Source: Lytechinus pictus
Taxonomy: Eukaryota
Assembly: GCF_037042905.1 (NCBI RefSeq)
Contig: NC_087251.1
Coordinates: 9,674,001 to 9,738,000, forward strand
Direction of reading: 5' to 3'
Length of the DNA stretch: 64,000 bases
Numbering within the stretch: position 1 is the stretch's first letter; every line of letters starts with the position of its first letter. Below, one piece after another: positions 28,701 to 41,013 of the stretch. The notes beneath the pieces are model-generated. The model had not been told where the DNA came from. It saw only the letters and a list, made by a program, of their open reading frames with translations, and ran no database searches. The position numbers were made by a program, and so were the translations under genes.

Positions 28701-31357
28701 CAAAGCAGAAACACTGTTTGTCTCAATGGGGCTCCAAAATGGGCAAAATACAAAACAGAGGTTGGGTGACTTCAGCAGCTCCTTGAGGGAGAAGGCTTTG
28801 ATGTGCCAGCACTTTGTTATATGTATCCAAGTGGTTTTAAGACAATGAAAGTAGTTTGGTATATATAGGAGAAACATCTTTTTGCCTCAATGTGGGCTCC
28901 AAATTTACAGATTTTCTAATAAAAAGGTAAAATATGGAAAAAGGGGTGGGTGATTTCGGCAGACCCTTGAGGGGGTAGGCTTTGCTGTACCAGCACTTCT
29001 TTATTTGTAACTGATAGAATAAATGCTACTCTTTCATCTCCAAGTGGATTAAGGCAATGAAATGGGATTGCTATATGGCAGAAACACTTTTTGCCTCAAT
29101 GGGGGCTCCAAATTGGCAGATTTTCTTATTAATTGGCAAAATACGAAATAGGGGTTGGGTGACTTTGGCAATCCCCTGAGAGGGGTAGGCTTTAGTATTT
29201 CATTATATGTTTATCTGATAAAGGAAAGGTTACTCTTTCGTCTCCATGTGGTTTTTTGACAATCAAAGTGGATTGCTATTAAGCAGAAAGACATTTGCTT
29301 CAGTGGGGGCTCCAAATTTACAGATATTTCCATAAATTTGCAAAATACAGAAAAAGGGGTGGGTGTCTTCAGCAACCCACTGACAGGGGTGGCTTTGATG
29401 TGTCAGCAATTCTGTAGCAGATAGAAGAAAGTCTACTCTTTTGTCTCCAAGTGGTTTAAAACAAAAGTGGTTTCACTACATAGTCGAAAGTCTTTTTCCA
29501 CATTGTGGCTCCAAAATGGCAAATTTTCCAAGAAATAGGCAAAATACGAAAAAGGGGCTGTGTGACTTGGGGCAGCCCCCTGAGAGGGTAGGCTTTGCTG
29601 TGCCCTAAATTTTTTCAATGTAGCTGATAGAGATAAGCCTACTCTTTCGTCTCCAAGTGATTTCAAGAAAATAAAAGTTGTTTTTCTACATAACGAAGCA
29701 TCATTTTGCTACATTGAGGGCTCCAAAATGCAAGATATTTTAATAGTCAAGCTACGGATAAGGGTGGGGTACCTTCGACAGGCTCTTGTGGGACTATGCT
29801 TTAAGGTGCCCGAACATAATTGCTCGCGACATGCAGAGCATTGCCTCTTCTAACTTTTCCAAGAGGTTTCATTAACATAAAAGTTGCTTTAATATGTAGA
29901 AAACAACTTTTGTCCTATTACCCATATTATGAAATATACAATTTTCTATTACCGGACTATGCTCATTACATGCATTCATGCGTGCTAGTCACATCAACAA
30001 AGGCGAGGCAAGACCGACTGAGTCTATTGTACTCTTTTGAAAGGAATGCAAGCGAGTGCATTGTAGTCGGTATCACTAGTGTGACTAGGTGACGGAGGTT
30101 GCTTTTTGGTGTCATTTAATCGCAACATCAGAGAATACATCTGGAGACATTTTCCCTTTATCTAAGCAAGTTGTGCCATTAATACTGTCATGAAGCATAT
30201 CAATGTTCTCGTTAATACGGTATATCCTCTTTCGTGTTGAATGCTGATATTTTGCATTACTTGATGACAAAACTGAAAGATATCAATGCACATTCAAATT
30301 GTTGACCAAAAATATGGAAATTTTTGCATAAATTCTCATATTTTACCCAAAATATTACCCGGACTGTCCAGAAAACGATTGCAATTGATTTCTGCTATCT
30401 GAATCATTCTGAAATGTGTATTTATTTAATATTTTCTCATTGCAAAAATATGAAAATAATTGATTTTCATAAAAAATCCAAAAGAGCCGACGAAAATACA
30501 GGATATGACCTGGCAGCAACAAATTTCCTTGACCACTGATTTCAAGCCAACATGATAGGACCATCAAACCTAATGTACCCGATCAGCTCAATTATTAAAC
30601 TCTCCCAGCCCCTGGTCTCAAAAGCACTAAAAGTGGTTGAGAAACTAAATTTGGCTTGTTATTGTATTCCAGCGGCCATCCATCACTTCACGTCTTTTGA
30701 AGAATCCAAAAGCATAATAACCATGCTTAGCAGAATTGTAGCATTTGAAGAATAACGTGGAGTCCTTGGGGGTAAAAAATAGAAAACTACTATAAACAGT
30801 ATTTCTAAAAGGTATGCAGGCTGCAGATTTCAAAGACAATTTTTGGCATTACAATGATTACATGTAAATGTATGTATTATTACATTCAGCGAAGGTATAA
30901 ACATATATCTCATGGCTCACCTTGTCTGTATACATCTACAGTATGTATAGATGTAAGTGCTTAGTATAGACAGCCAGACATTCTTTATCCACTGAGCATT
31001 TAAAACATGTTGGCACTTTTAACATGCTTTTATCTATGAGCATCCTCCACAACTTCAGTATGATTTTTCAACCCCCCCCCTTCACCTTCTTGAATAACTA
31101 TTTTTCTCTCTTCGTCCTTTGTCCGCCGACATTCAAATGTCTTCTTCAAAATGTTCATGTTATTTTAAATCAATTGTGAATTCAGTACCAGTATTTGATT
31201 AGTTTACCTGGCCTTTATTGATGGGTACTCCTAAAACCCCAATACTCTGTAGTCGTGATGCCATACTTGTTTGACGGACTGATCTATGATATCCAGGAGA
31301 TGTCCTCAACCAACTGGGTATTGCTCTGGAGCAACATCGCGTTATATTCAAAGCCAT
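19548..31357 (-). CDS. ARG: Arginase, 378 aa, with N-terminal mitochondrial-type presequence; coding exons 31357-31208, 26832-26760, 24863-24754, 24399-24077, 23811-23707, 22957-22881, 20417-20358, 19786-19548
   Basis: All introns are GT-AG and phase-compatible (1137 nt). Arginase motifs: GVPINKGQ, GPTVLRDAGL, LGGDH, WVDAHADIN, TSPSGHLHGM, YIGLRDVD, HLSFDIDSLDP, STGTPVLGGLTYREG, DLVEVNP. The Mn ligands and catalytic His/Glu are retained. Confidence 0.96.
21420..22562. mobile_element. Foldback-type non-autonomous DNA transposon in an arginase intron
   Basis: 21424-21525 is the reverse complement of 22383-22470. The right end CCTGGACTA resembles the ends of the 49022 element. Repeated CAAAATGGC motifs. 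Confidence 0.7.
24077..24399 (-). CDS. ARG: Arginase central exon (metal-binding motifs)
   Basis: ISKGV...LGGDHG...WVDAHADIN...YIGLRDVDVGER, between a CAG acceptor and a GTGAG donor. Confidence 0.96.
25161..25689. mobile_element. HINE/Helentron-like element, shorter copy
   Basis: Same AACAAG...GCCTCTGGC.GTCT..CCTGCAT start, TGACCTTTGACCTT core and GGCGAGACAAAAA end as 34313-35261. Confidence 0.65.
27084..30618. mobile_element. 3.5-kb foldback element with ~1.1-kb inverted arms and an internal ~200-bp tandem array
   Basis: AGACCGGGGGCTGGGAGAGTTTA...TAAACTCTCCCAGCCCCTGGTCT. Mirrored ORFs 27633-27905/29820-30092. Unit GAGGGGGTAGGCTTTG recurs at ~28184, 28388, 28597, 28786, 28971, 29181, 29386, 29584. 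Confidence 0.88.
31208..31357 (-). CDS. ARG: Arginase first coding exon (acceptor at 31390)
   Basis: MALNITRCCSRAIPSWLRTSPGYHRSVRQTSMASRLQSIGVLGVPINKGQ|GT. Confidence 0.9.
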
Positions 31358-31679
31358 TTCGCATTTCCTTCAAAACATCCAAGTATATATCTAGAAGAAA
31401 TGAAATGACATAATAATCAGGTTTCAGCAAGTAACTTTAATAATTAGACAATTCATATTGATGATGAATTCATACTTCAATCACAATGCATTGATGGATT
31501 AAAGTATAACAAAATGAAGATCTCATCAGCTGGAGTGATCAAACCAAGTTGTAATTTATCCAAAAACATCATTTGGGAAATAAAGAGAAAGAACTGGTCA
31601 TGATCATGGCATGCATATTAATGTCAGTTAACTTTGAAACACTGAAACTTATTCTGGATTATTTTGACATTAATTGAAA

Positions 31680-31975
31680 TAATAATAATCATAATAGTCA
31701 GTTCTTGTATAGCGCATAACACATTATGAATAACGTCTCTATGCGCTTCCAAAGGACTTGGATATTATTACCCTGGCTGTAGCTCAAGCAGCTTTTATGC
31801 GCTTGGCATTTCAAGGAATAAATTCCTGCCAGGTACCCATTCACCTCACCTGGGTTGAGTGCAGCACAATGTGGATTAATTTCTTGCTGAAGGAAACTAC
31901 GCCATGGCTGGGATTTGAACCCACAACCCTCTGTTTCAAAGTCCGGAGACTAATCCACTGGGCCACAACGTTCCA
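31680..31975 (-). mobile_element. tRNA-derived SINE with (ATT)n-like tail
   Basis: Colinear with 17845-18052; B box GGTTCAAATCC on the minus strand. Confidence 0.8.
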
Positions 31976-32949
31976 CAGAATGTGTGAAAGAATGGTTGCA
32001 TGAAGTATAATCACTCAATAACATTCCCCTGAGGTGCATCTACATTGTATATTTAATGCTACCCTTTTCTGAGTGGTATTCAAATTTACTTCCACTCCAA
32101 TGCATGTGATTGTTGTAATTTGTCTATTATTTCAATGATCCACCATATCTCGGTCTTAGTCACCCATGGAAACATTACATGCGCCGCGTACAGAAAATCA
32201 CAGGCACAATGCATGCAACACTTCCATGGGATTGTATGACATTCCGATGGCTAATGTAATTTTGTTAAAAGATTCAAACTATTGTATTAAACTTACTGAA
32301 CGATTAAAGTCACTTTCCCGCTTTTTTTATCCTTCTCTTGATTTTTCCACATTATTTTTCTTGGATGTTTACCAGGGCCATATATCAGAAGCGATATAGA
32401 AATTTTTCGCCTTATGAGGATGCGCGATTAGTTTATCGTTAAGTTTTGTTTAACTGCACCAAATTTCATGTGTTTTTGTGATTGCGGCCACAGTCAAGTA
32501 CAACTATACTCTATAAAGAGGACTGTACTCAACGGAAGAAGAAGATTTATAATATTCATAACAAAGACAGTACCTGGGAAAGACTAGGCACTCAAATTAT
32601 TTTACACACAAATCAATGCAAAGTGTTACACAAGTTGGTTGTTCTGTCTTTTCATTCTATAGCTAGCATGATCATGTGTCAATCCTGGTATTACAGATAC
32701 AGAGTCAGTCTTGAGAGGGTCTTTACAACTACAAGTCAAAGTGGCCATGTTTATTGCTCCTTTTTATTGATCCCATCACATCGAATAATCACACAATTAA
32801 TCATCGGCGATTTAGCCCCTGTGCAATTCACATTTCTCTATCATAGAATCGTGATATCCACATAGGACATATAAGCGTAAGAATCGCAGGCAGCGGTAAT
32901 GAAAATGCCAACGGTCGGCCTCCTGTGTGCATGTCGTACGATAAGATGA

Positions 32950-33230
32950 GGCAGCGTAGCTCAGTCGGTTAGAGCGCATGTTTCGGATAAGAAACGTGAA
33001 GGGTTCGAGTCCCAAAAAAGTATGATGCTATACTATAGCGTTGTGTGTTAGCGTGCCTCACCACTGTATTCAGTGCAGGTGTGAATGCAATTGGAAAACA
33101 ATCCGTCCATCGGAAAGGACGCAAATGTTGGTCCCGTGTATAGGAGAGTCGAAACATGCACGTTAAAACCAATATTCGTCAAAGAGTAGGGTGTTCACCC
33201 AGTGTACTGCACCTGCCGGTCCAGGCAAAA
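32950..33230 (+). mobile_element. tRNA-derived SINE (second family)
   Basis: GGCAGCGTAGCTCAGTCGGTTAGAGCG...GGTTCGAGTCCC has A and B boxes but no 3' acceptor stem/CCA; a non-tRNA body follows. Confidence 0.65.
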
Positions 33231-33499
33231 TTCAGGTAAAGTACCTGATGCACCTATGCCCAGGAGGGCCCGGCCCTGCATCTTATACATCCAGATCCAG
33301 AAGACAAAATCAACAAATCCCACCAGTTGTTGTGTGTCCGGACGATCAATTTTAGAAAGTCATTTGGAAACAAGGCAAAAGCGATTTGTGTCTCGCCCAC
33401 TTATGAAAATAACCAGAAATATCGTGATTTGCTAGGGCACGCAACAAAATTGTATCGAAACTTCATTGTGAAATGACTGGGATGGAACAACACTTGTCA

Positions 33500-33726
33500 T
33501 AAGAGCCTTGCACGTGAACTTTAATGTTGACCTGAAAATTACCTTTGACCTTACCATGTGACCTCCAACTGCAGCATAACATGCAGGTCCCCCAAGTCTA
33601 TCTACCATCCAAGTTTGGTTGAAAAGTGACTTACGGTTGTGGAGTTATCTGCCATAAGGTTTGTGATGGACGGACGACATTTGGACCCCTAAGTCTCGCC
33701 TTCACCTCTGGTGGGCGAGACAAAAA
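33500..33726. mobile_element. HINE-like fragment
   Basis: ACCTTTGACCTT core and terminal hairpin GTCTCGCC...GGCGAGAC followed by AAAAA. Confidence 0.5.
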
Positions 33727-34059
33727 TTACAAGCAAAGTTTCATCAATTTTTAGTACAAAACGTTAGGAAATATTATAGAGAACAAAATAGAAGACGATT
33801 ATAACTATTGAATTCATACTTTTAGTGTAATCCAAAGACAAAAAAGAAGGCTTCAAAAATATAAAGTGTCGGGCCACCCGACCCCACATCCTACGGTTTA
33901 GCAGAAGTCATCATCATCGTCATCAGTGTACGGAAGAAGAAGGCAAGCCTGTCGAGATTTCCGGTCGTTCCTTCTGATAGTGCTTGTTCCAACTTGACTA
34001 TTTTAAATGACTTGTAAATTACATGCATGCATGTTGCATGGATGGATATTTTTTGGGGA

Positions 34060-35453
34060 GAATTTGATGATGGCAAGACAAATGTTTGTCCAGCCTGTGT
34101 TTGAAGGAATCAATAGAGGGTGCCGACACAACAGATGGAGGAAGATTATTCCATCGGTCTACAACCCTCTGACTAAAGCTGTTCCTCCTTAAAGCAGTAT
34201 TAGACTTCTGTTCAAACAATTTTAGATGATGTCCTCTTGTGTCTTGAATGGCAGGGATGAAATATACAGATCAGTCAGATGAGTCAACATTAACAAGTCT
34301 ATTCAAAATCTTAACAAGTGGAATGCCTCTGGCCGTCTCACCTGCATCACGCGATTCAATATAGCAGCAGTGCTGATTTTGAAAACTACTATAACTCGCA
34401 CAAGATGTTCAGTGATACTTGGTTACTCTTATTTCCACGTTTTATGAACTAGACCAATACACTTATAGAGATATGATGGCAATTCAACAAATACCCCCAA
34501 CGTGGCCAAAGTTCTTTGACCTTACATGACCTTTGACCTTGATCATGTGACCTGAAACTCGCACAGGATGTTCAGTGATACTTGATTACTATTATGTCCA
34601 AGTTTTATGAACTAGACCAACACACTTTCAAATTTATGGCTGTAATTCAACAAATACCCCAATTTGGCCAAAGTTCATTGACCCTAAATGACCTTTGACC
34701 TTGATCATATGACCTGAAACTTGCACAGGATGTTCAGTAATACTTGATTACTATTATGTCCAAGTTTCATGAATCAGATCCATAAACTTTCAAAGTTATG
34801 ATGGTAATTCAACAGATACCCCCAATTCGGCCAAAGTTCATTGACCCTAAATGACCTTTGACCTTGGTCATGTGATGTGAAACTCATGCAGGATGTTCAG
34901 TGATACTTGATTAACCTTATGTATAAGTTTCATGAACTAGGTCCATATATTTTCTAAGTTATGATGACATTTCAAAAACTTAACCTTAGGTTAAGATTTT
35001 GATTCCCCCAACATGGTCTAAGTTCATTGACCCTAAATGACCTTTGACCTTGGTCATGTGACATGAAACTCAGGCAGGATGTTCAGTAATACTTGATTAA
35101 CCTTATGGCCAAGTTTCATGAACTAGGTCCATATACTTTCTAAGTTATGCTGTCATTTCAAAAACTTAACCTCAGGTTAAGATTTGGTGTTGACGCCACC
35201 GCCGCCGTCGCCGTCGGAAAAGCGGCGCCTATAGTCTCACTCTGCTATGCAGGTGAGACAATAACCTCGATCATGTCTCCTATTTGTCTTCTGTAGTGTA
35301 GCAAGTACATTCCAAGGCTTACAAGTCTATCCTGGTATGGCAAATGCCGCAATTCTGGGATTAGCTTTGTAGCTCTTCTCTGTACCTTTTCGATTTTAGT
35401 GCCACACTACATTTCCATATTCCAAAATACCGTACTAATGTCTTGAACAAGGT
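34060..35453 (-). mobile_element. CR1-type LINE 3' fragment, interrupted by the element at 34313-35261
   Basis: Minus-strand translation gives TLFKTLVR..EYGNVVW, KVQRRATKLIPELRHLPYQDRL, GDMIEV|KILN, TRGHHLKL, RRNSFSQRVVDRWNNLP...SFKHRLDKHL, the classic CR1 ORF2 C-terminus. Confidence 0.85.
34313..35261. mobile_element. HINE/Helentron-like element with ~158-bp internal tandem repeats
   Basis: Subterminal inverted repeat GTCTCACCTGCAT / ATGCAGGTGAGAC and terminal hairpin GTCTCAC...GTGAGAC. Repeat unit ...ATGACCTTTGACCTTG(A/G)TCAT at ~34527, 34689, 34851, 35037. No TSD. Confidence 0.75.
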
Positions 35454-36293
35454 CACTCACACGTATTGCGAGGTTAGTATGCTATACTAACCTCGCACTA
35501 AGAACGTGTTTACACAACAGATTTTAGAGTTGTCGGTTAACATCGCTTCATAACGCGTATAATAATAGCCGAAACTCATTCCGCTACTCACCAGGGCTTT
35601 TTCTGGTGAAAAGCGTTCCATTTTAAATTTTACAAATATTTTTTATGTAAAAAGCATATAAAAAAGAGCAAAATCGCTTACCTCGGCCTGGAAAATTGCT
35701 TCGCATGTCTCTTCCACAGAAATCAAAAGGAAGGTTGTTGGTGGCGCTAATACAATTCACAACCTTAATTCAGCTTGTCTGTATTTTTTTTCATTAGATT
35801 CTTGATTCATTGTATGCGCAATTCCCATGATTGTTTGATAAAATATAGACACCTGAATAAATGCAATAACCTAAAAAAACATACTTTTTATATTATTGTT
35901 GCTGACGATAATACTTTTGGAAAATAATCAAAGCGATGACAAATTAAACAAAAAATATAGAAAATTCTACATACCTTGAACGAAGCCCCACAAGTGCTAC
36001 CGTTCGTTTGTCAATTAAAGTTCCACCAAAGTCTTTACAGTATTGAACACTTTGCAGACTTCGCATAACGCTTTGCTTTGATTTACATGTAAAATAGTTT
36101 GTGCCTAGTCTTTCCCTTGTAGTGTCTTTGATATGAAGATAAATCGCACGCCTCTTTAGCTCATTAGACAAAAAATTTGGGAAATTGCAAGCTCGCTCCG
36201 TATTTTGTCAACGAGAAGAAAAATCAACGCTTAAATGACGCTATTTGAGGGATATTCATCATATTAGGGGGAATTGACTTCACATCGTTCGGC

Positions 36294-36392
36294 AGACCAA
36301 AAAAAGCTTCGGTCTCTGTTATGTTGGTTGTTCCGCTGAACTCCGTTGGCTCCACTCACCAAATACAGAGACCGAAGTTGTAGCTCGATCTG
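36294..36392. repeat. Short inverted repeat / tiny MITE
   Basis: CTTCGGTCTCTGT...ACAGAGACCGAAG. Confidence 0.55.
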
Positions 36393-36649
36393 TACAGGGA
36401 CTCAATGATGTATTTAAGTTTGGATAAAACAGGGAAGTGAAGTTGCGCGACAGCCGAAGTAAGTCACTGTTTTTCCCCCTTTTACCGGTAAGTTTATTTT
36501 TCCCCGTTTTGGTGCATTTCAGACCAAAATGGAATAATAATCTTTATTTTGGTACAGTTCTTTTTATATATTTTTATGAAATAAAGACAAAAATCGATGA
36601 GCCCCGTCGAGGGATCTGGATTTTGCATTATTAACCCCCTAATGGACTG

Positions 36650-39152
36650 GGGCCCGTTTCTCAACACCGGGACAAGTTAGTCATATCTTTATCCACCAAC
36701 CACGGAGTTAGTTCCAATCTTACTAAACCCGTTTCACGAAAGCCTTCCTAACTAAAATCCATTGATATCGATATATTGGCAGAAAGAGTAGACGAGACGT
36801 GGCCTTAGTCACAAACTAGAATAATTTTCAAAAAGCAAAAATATGATAAAACTGCAATTATTGTGATGAATTTGGAAATACATCATCAAAATAATAGCAG
36901 AGGCAAAATATTTACCATGCATACTTAAACCATGAAGACTGGAGCATATGTAATTGCTGAGAAAATGAAATTATGAATAATTCATTTCATGACTTGAAAA
37001 AACATGTGGACGTTGAGATGGGTACCCCCGGGATAGTAAATTGTAATAGTTTAGGGTCATTCCATCTGGATTCACCCAGTGGTTGCACCCGACCGTCTCA
37101 GAATTTGTTGTAATTTGGTACATATAAAATTCACCATGGCCCACGTACAAAACAAAAAAATAAGTCCAATTGGTTCGTCGGTTCTCGCGCTACGGCCCGC
37201 CCTTTTCTCCTTGTTTTGACAAAAATGGGCGTGACCTTCAACTTTCAATGGCCACTGCGTCGTAATGTGTCGACCAATTTTCATGAAACAGGTACCATTT
37301 ATTAGGAAATTCAGAGAGGAATCCAAAACATGCATCAAATAATGTATTGGAGCGATTTATAAGGTCATGACCTTTGACCTTTACTTTGACCTTGAGTTTG
37401 ACCCCCGGACAAATAATTTTTTAACTTGATTTTCGTGTATGTTAATAATTTGTATGATATTGACAAAATATGTTAAAACCAATGATGATATTTTATGTCT
37501 TCACCTTTTAAAACTCTTCCAAAGATACCATGAAATTTCACTCTAGTCCCACATACTAATATTCATGTTAGTAAAAGTGTTTACCAGTTACATGATTTCT
37601 TCCAATCTTAACTTACAGTATGCATGCACATGAAAAGAAATTAAGCTCATCAGTTCACAAATGAAACATTAAACATTTATGCTCATGAATAGGTATCTGT
37701 TTAGGCATTTTGATGTTCAGCAATATATATCATATATATATATATATTCTTGTTAGTAAAGTGTTTACTTTTATCATCAAATTGTTGAGTATATGCCTAT
37801 TTACTAACAAGAATATATATATATATATGTACATATATGACATATATTGCTGAACATCAAATTGCCTAAACAGATACCTATTCATGAGCATAAATGTTTA
37901 ATGTTTCATTTGTGAACTGATGAGCTTAATTTCTTTTCATGTGCATGCATACTGTAACTTAAGATTGGAAGAAATCATGTAAATGGTTAACACTTTACTA
38001 ACATGAATATCAGTATGTAGGACTAGAGTGAAATTTCATGGTATCTTTGGAAGAGTTTTAAAAGGTGAAGAAATAAAATATCATCATTGATTTTAACATA
38101 TTTTGTCAATATCATACTAATAATTAACATACATGAAAATCAAGTTAAAAAATTATTTGTCCGGGGGTCAAACTCAAGGTCAAAGTAAAGGTCAAAGGTC
38201 ATGACCTTATAAATTGCTCCAATACATTATTTGATGCATGTTTTGGATTCCTCTCTGAATTTCCTAATAAATGGTACCTGTTTCATGAAAATTGGTCAAC
38301 ACGTTACGACGCAGTGGCCATTGAAAGTTGAGGGTCACGCCCATTTTTGTCAAAACAAGGAGAAAAGGGCGGGCCGTAGCGCGAGAACCGACGGACCAAT
38401 TGGACTATTTTTTTTTGTTTTGTGCGTGGGCCATGGTGAATTTTATGTGTACCAATTTACAACGAATTCCGAGAGGGTCGGGTGCAAAATTGCACATTCA
38501 TTGGGTGAATTGGCATGGAATGACCCTTTACGGAAGTAAACCACAATGATTTTCGTTGTAAAATAATGATAATTATATGTTTATTTATGGTTCCAAACAT
38601 CATCAAAAAATAGTTAAACATAAATTTTAAAAATTTATAGATACCGAATCACACGATTTTATAAATTCTTTTCATAAATTAGAGATAGAAGTTATCAAAA
38701 TGTTGATAAGGGTCTGAAAACAACGAATACGAGTCCATTTATGGATGACCTGAAGTGGTAGAATCTGTATCGATTCAATTTTTTTACTATTTCAAAATGA
38801 ATGGTTTTGTTGCGTTTTACCAACAGTTTTTATAGTTTCTGTGTATTACAATTATTATTGAATGATCTATTACACCTGTTTTGCAATGTAATTTCAACTT
38901 CTATGATTGATTACGTAAGATTATAAGTTTTAAATTTCGAGGCACTTTGGCATGTCATAGTATACCCACGTGATGCCACTACATCATTAAGAAAGAAGCT
39001 ATGACAGGTTCGGAGGTGTCATAAATATTTAGTCAGGTTGTTGTTCCCGATCTTGGCAAAGAGGGCTTCGTGAAACGGTTAGCGGACAAGTAGCTCACTA
39101 TCTCAGATTTAGTCAAGTAGTTAGACTTATGACGGTGTTGAGAAACGGGCCC
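36650..39152. mobile_element. PIF/Harbinger-type non-autonomous element
   Basis: CTG|GGGCCCGTTTCTCAACACCG...CGGTGTTGAGAAACGGGCCC|CTG (3-bp TSD), with subterminal CCGTTTCACGAA / TTCGTGAAACGG. Confidence 0.85.
37054..38526. mobile_element. Near-perfect 1.47-kb palindromic element with 4-bp TSD TTTA
   Basis: TTTA|GGGTCATTCCAT...ATGGAATGACCC|TTTA. Arms of ~710 bp meet at a ~40-bp spacer (~37762-37800). Mirrored ORFs 37072-37338/38231-38539. Confidence 0.92.
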
Positions 39153-39559
39153 CTGGCTAGCCAGGCGGCTTCTAGAGAGTAAAAATCATTTACTAACGTA
39201 AGGTTACTCTCATACGAAGCCAGGCCTTCTATCTCATAGACCCACACAAAGGAAGCCAAAACCTGAAACTTTCACCCCCGAGATTTCTACTTTCCTTCTA
39301 AAAGATCTAGCTCTAAATCATGTACATGGGATAAAACTTCATTTCCGACATTTCTACGCTCTCGTTGTTATTTTAAAAACAAGAATTCATCAAAAAAATG
39401 AAAAGATATTGTGAAAAGACGGAAGAGACTTGCCCGATGTTTACGCCGCCATCTTGTTTCTTATTGTACTTCCCCAACGTTACGGACGCTCGTTATCTTG
39501 TCATTTTTTTGATGAATTCGTGTGTAGGAAGCAAGATTTTCGTGTTAATGTTTGCACAA

Positions 39560-39822
39560 AAAAGGAGAGGGAAAGGGAAAGGAAAAGGGGAGAGGGAAAG
39601 GTAGAGGAGAGAGAGGGAAAAGGAGACCATAAAATAGAAAGAAAACAAAGGAAAGGAAGAGGGGAAAGAAGAGGGAAAGGGAGGGGAAAAGAAAAATGGA
39701 AAGAGCGAGAAAACAGTAGGGGAGGGAGAAAGGAAAGAAAAGAAGGGAAAGGAAAAGCGAGAAAGGGAATGGAGGGGGCGGGAAAGGGAGAGAGAGAGAG
39801 AATGATGAAGGGGATAGAAAAA
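39560..39822 (+). repeat. Purine-rich (GA) low-complexity tract
   Basis: Almost entirely G/A; the source of spurious ORFs 39430-39834 and 39493-39924. Confidence 0.8.
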
Positions 39823-40671
39823 TGTCAAGTTTGAAGATCTGAATATTAACACTAAAACAAAATTAGACTTCCATGTTTTATTTATAAAAATACCATCTTT
39901 TTCATGATTATAAAGGTTCAACATCCCTGTTCTAGGTCTAACTTCAACATAAATCTACTGGCGCTTTGCGCTTGAATTCTGGATGTCATCCCTTTTTTAA
40001 AAGAATAGGTAATCTGTCAGACTTTTCAAATCCCAAATTTAAATCTTAAGCGCAAATGCCCTCGCATTATTTTTCATTTAGATACAGTCCTGTCATCAAT
40101 ATCAAAAATTATAAGTGCGAGCTTCGCCCTGGCATCATTTTTGTAAGTGACAGTTATGATGTTGTTCATATTTTAAAAATGCTTAGAATGTCCATTTGTT
40201 GAGGTTTAAATGTCCAAAAGTTCAGCACTCGCATAATTTGTAAGGTAAATAGGCCTACCCTTTAAATTGTTATACAAAGGTGCTTATACAACGTCCAGAA
40301 TGCAGTTCGGAATATTGAAAATAACTGTTGGTCCCGCTATTTCTGCCCGTGCGACAAGCATTTATCATTTTGAATCATGAGATTCACCTTTAAAATATGA
40401 TGAAAAAGTATCGTTAAGACTGAATTAAGAAAAAAAGAAGCTCACGTTTCACGCTCGCATTTTGATTCGTTAGCTTATGATAATAATGGTGCATGACTTC
40501 GTTAATATATTTTATCGGACATGTCCACCTTTTGGTGCTTCAAGAAAAATAGACACAACACACAAATGATAATAGAAAACGAACAAGAATAGAATAGATA
40601 GTTACCTATCCCACTCATGAATTCTTATTTAACAGTCCCCAAAACGTCTTTTTTTCGTGTTAGCTTATTTC

Positions 40672-40708
<37 letters not shown>

Positions 40709-41013
40709 TCTCCTCATCATGGTTATAAAAAGGGCTCAGAATGTTTTATTTTCAAGTCCTTGTATCAGAATTTTCAGCTCGGGCAGCTCTATCGCATTTT
40801 GATTACTATCCTGTTGATTTATTTATTTGAACAAAATATTTAAAATGTCCAGCTTTTAGAACAGATATCAAAAAAAGGTATTCACCTTTGATCATAGATG
40901 AGGAAGAAGAAAAAGAGCAAAAAAATAGGAAACAAACTAACGAATTAATGTGACACAATTTTTCTTCATTTCAAGGCGACTCTTTACATATCATCATTGC
41001 TGATGGCGTTACA

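Noticed and set aside
27633..30092. Pair of near-identical 90-aa ORFs suggesting duplicated genes
   Set aside because: They are the two arms of a foldback element; non-ATG starts and no domain.
32950..33013. Possible tRNA gene
   Set aside because: A and B boxes are present, but there is no complementary 3' acceptor stem or clean anticodon arm; it continues into a SINE-like body.
39430..39924. 134-aa and 143-aa ORFs
   Set aside because: Artefacts of a purine-rich low-complexity tract.
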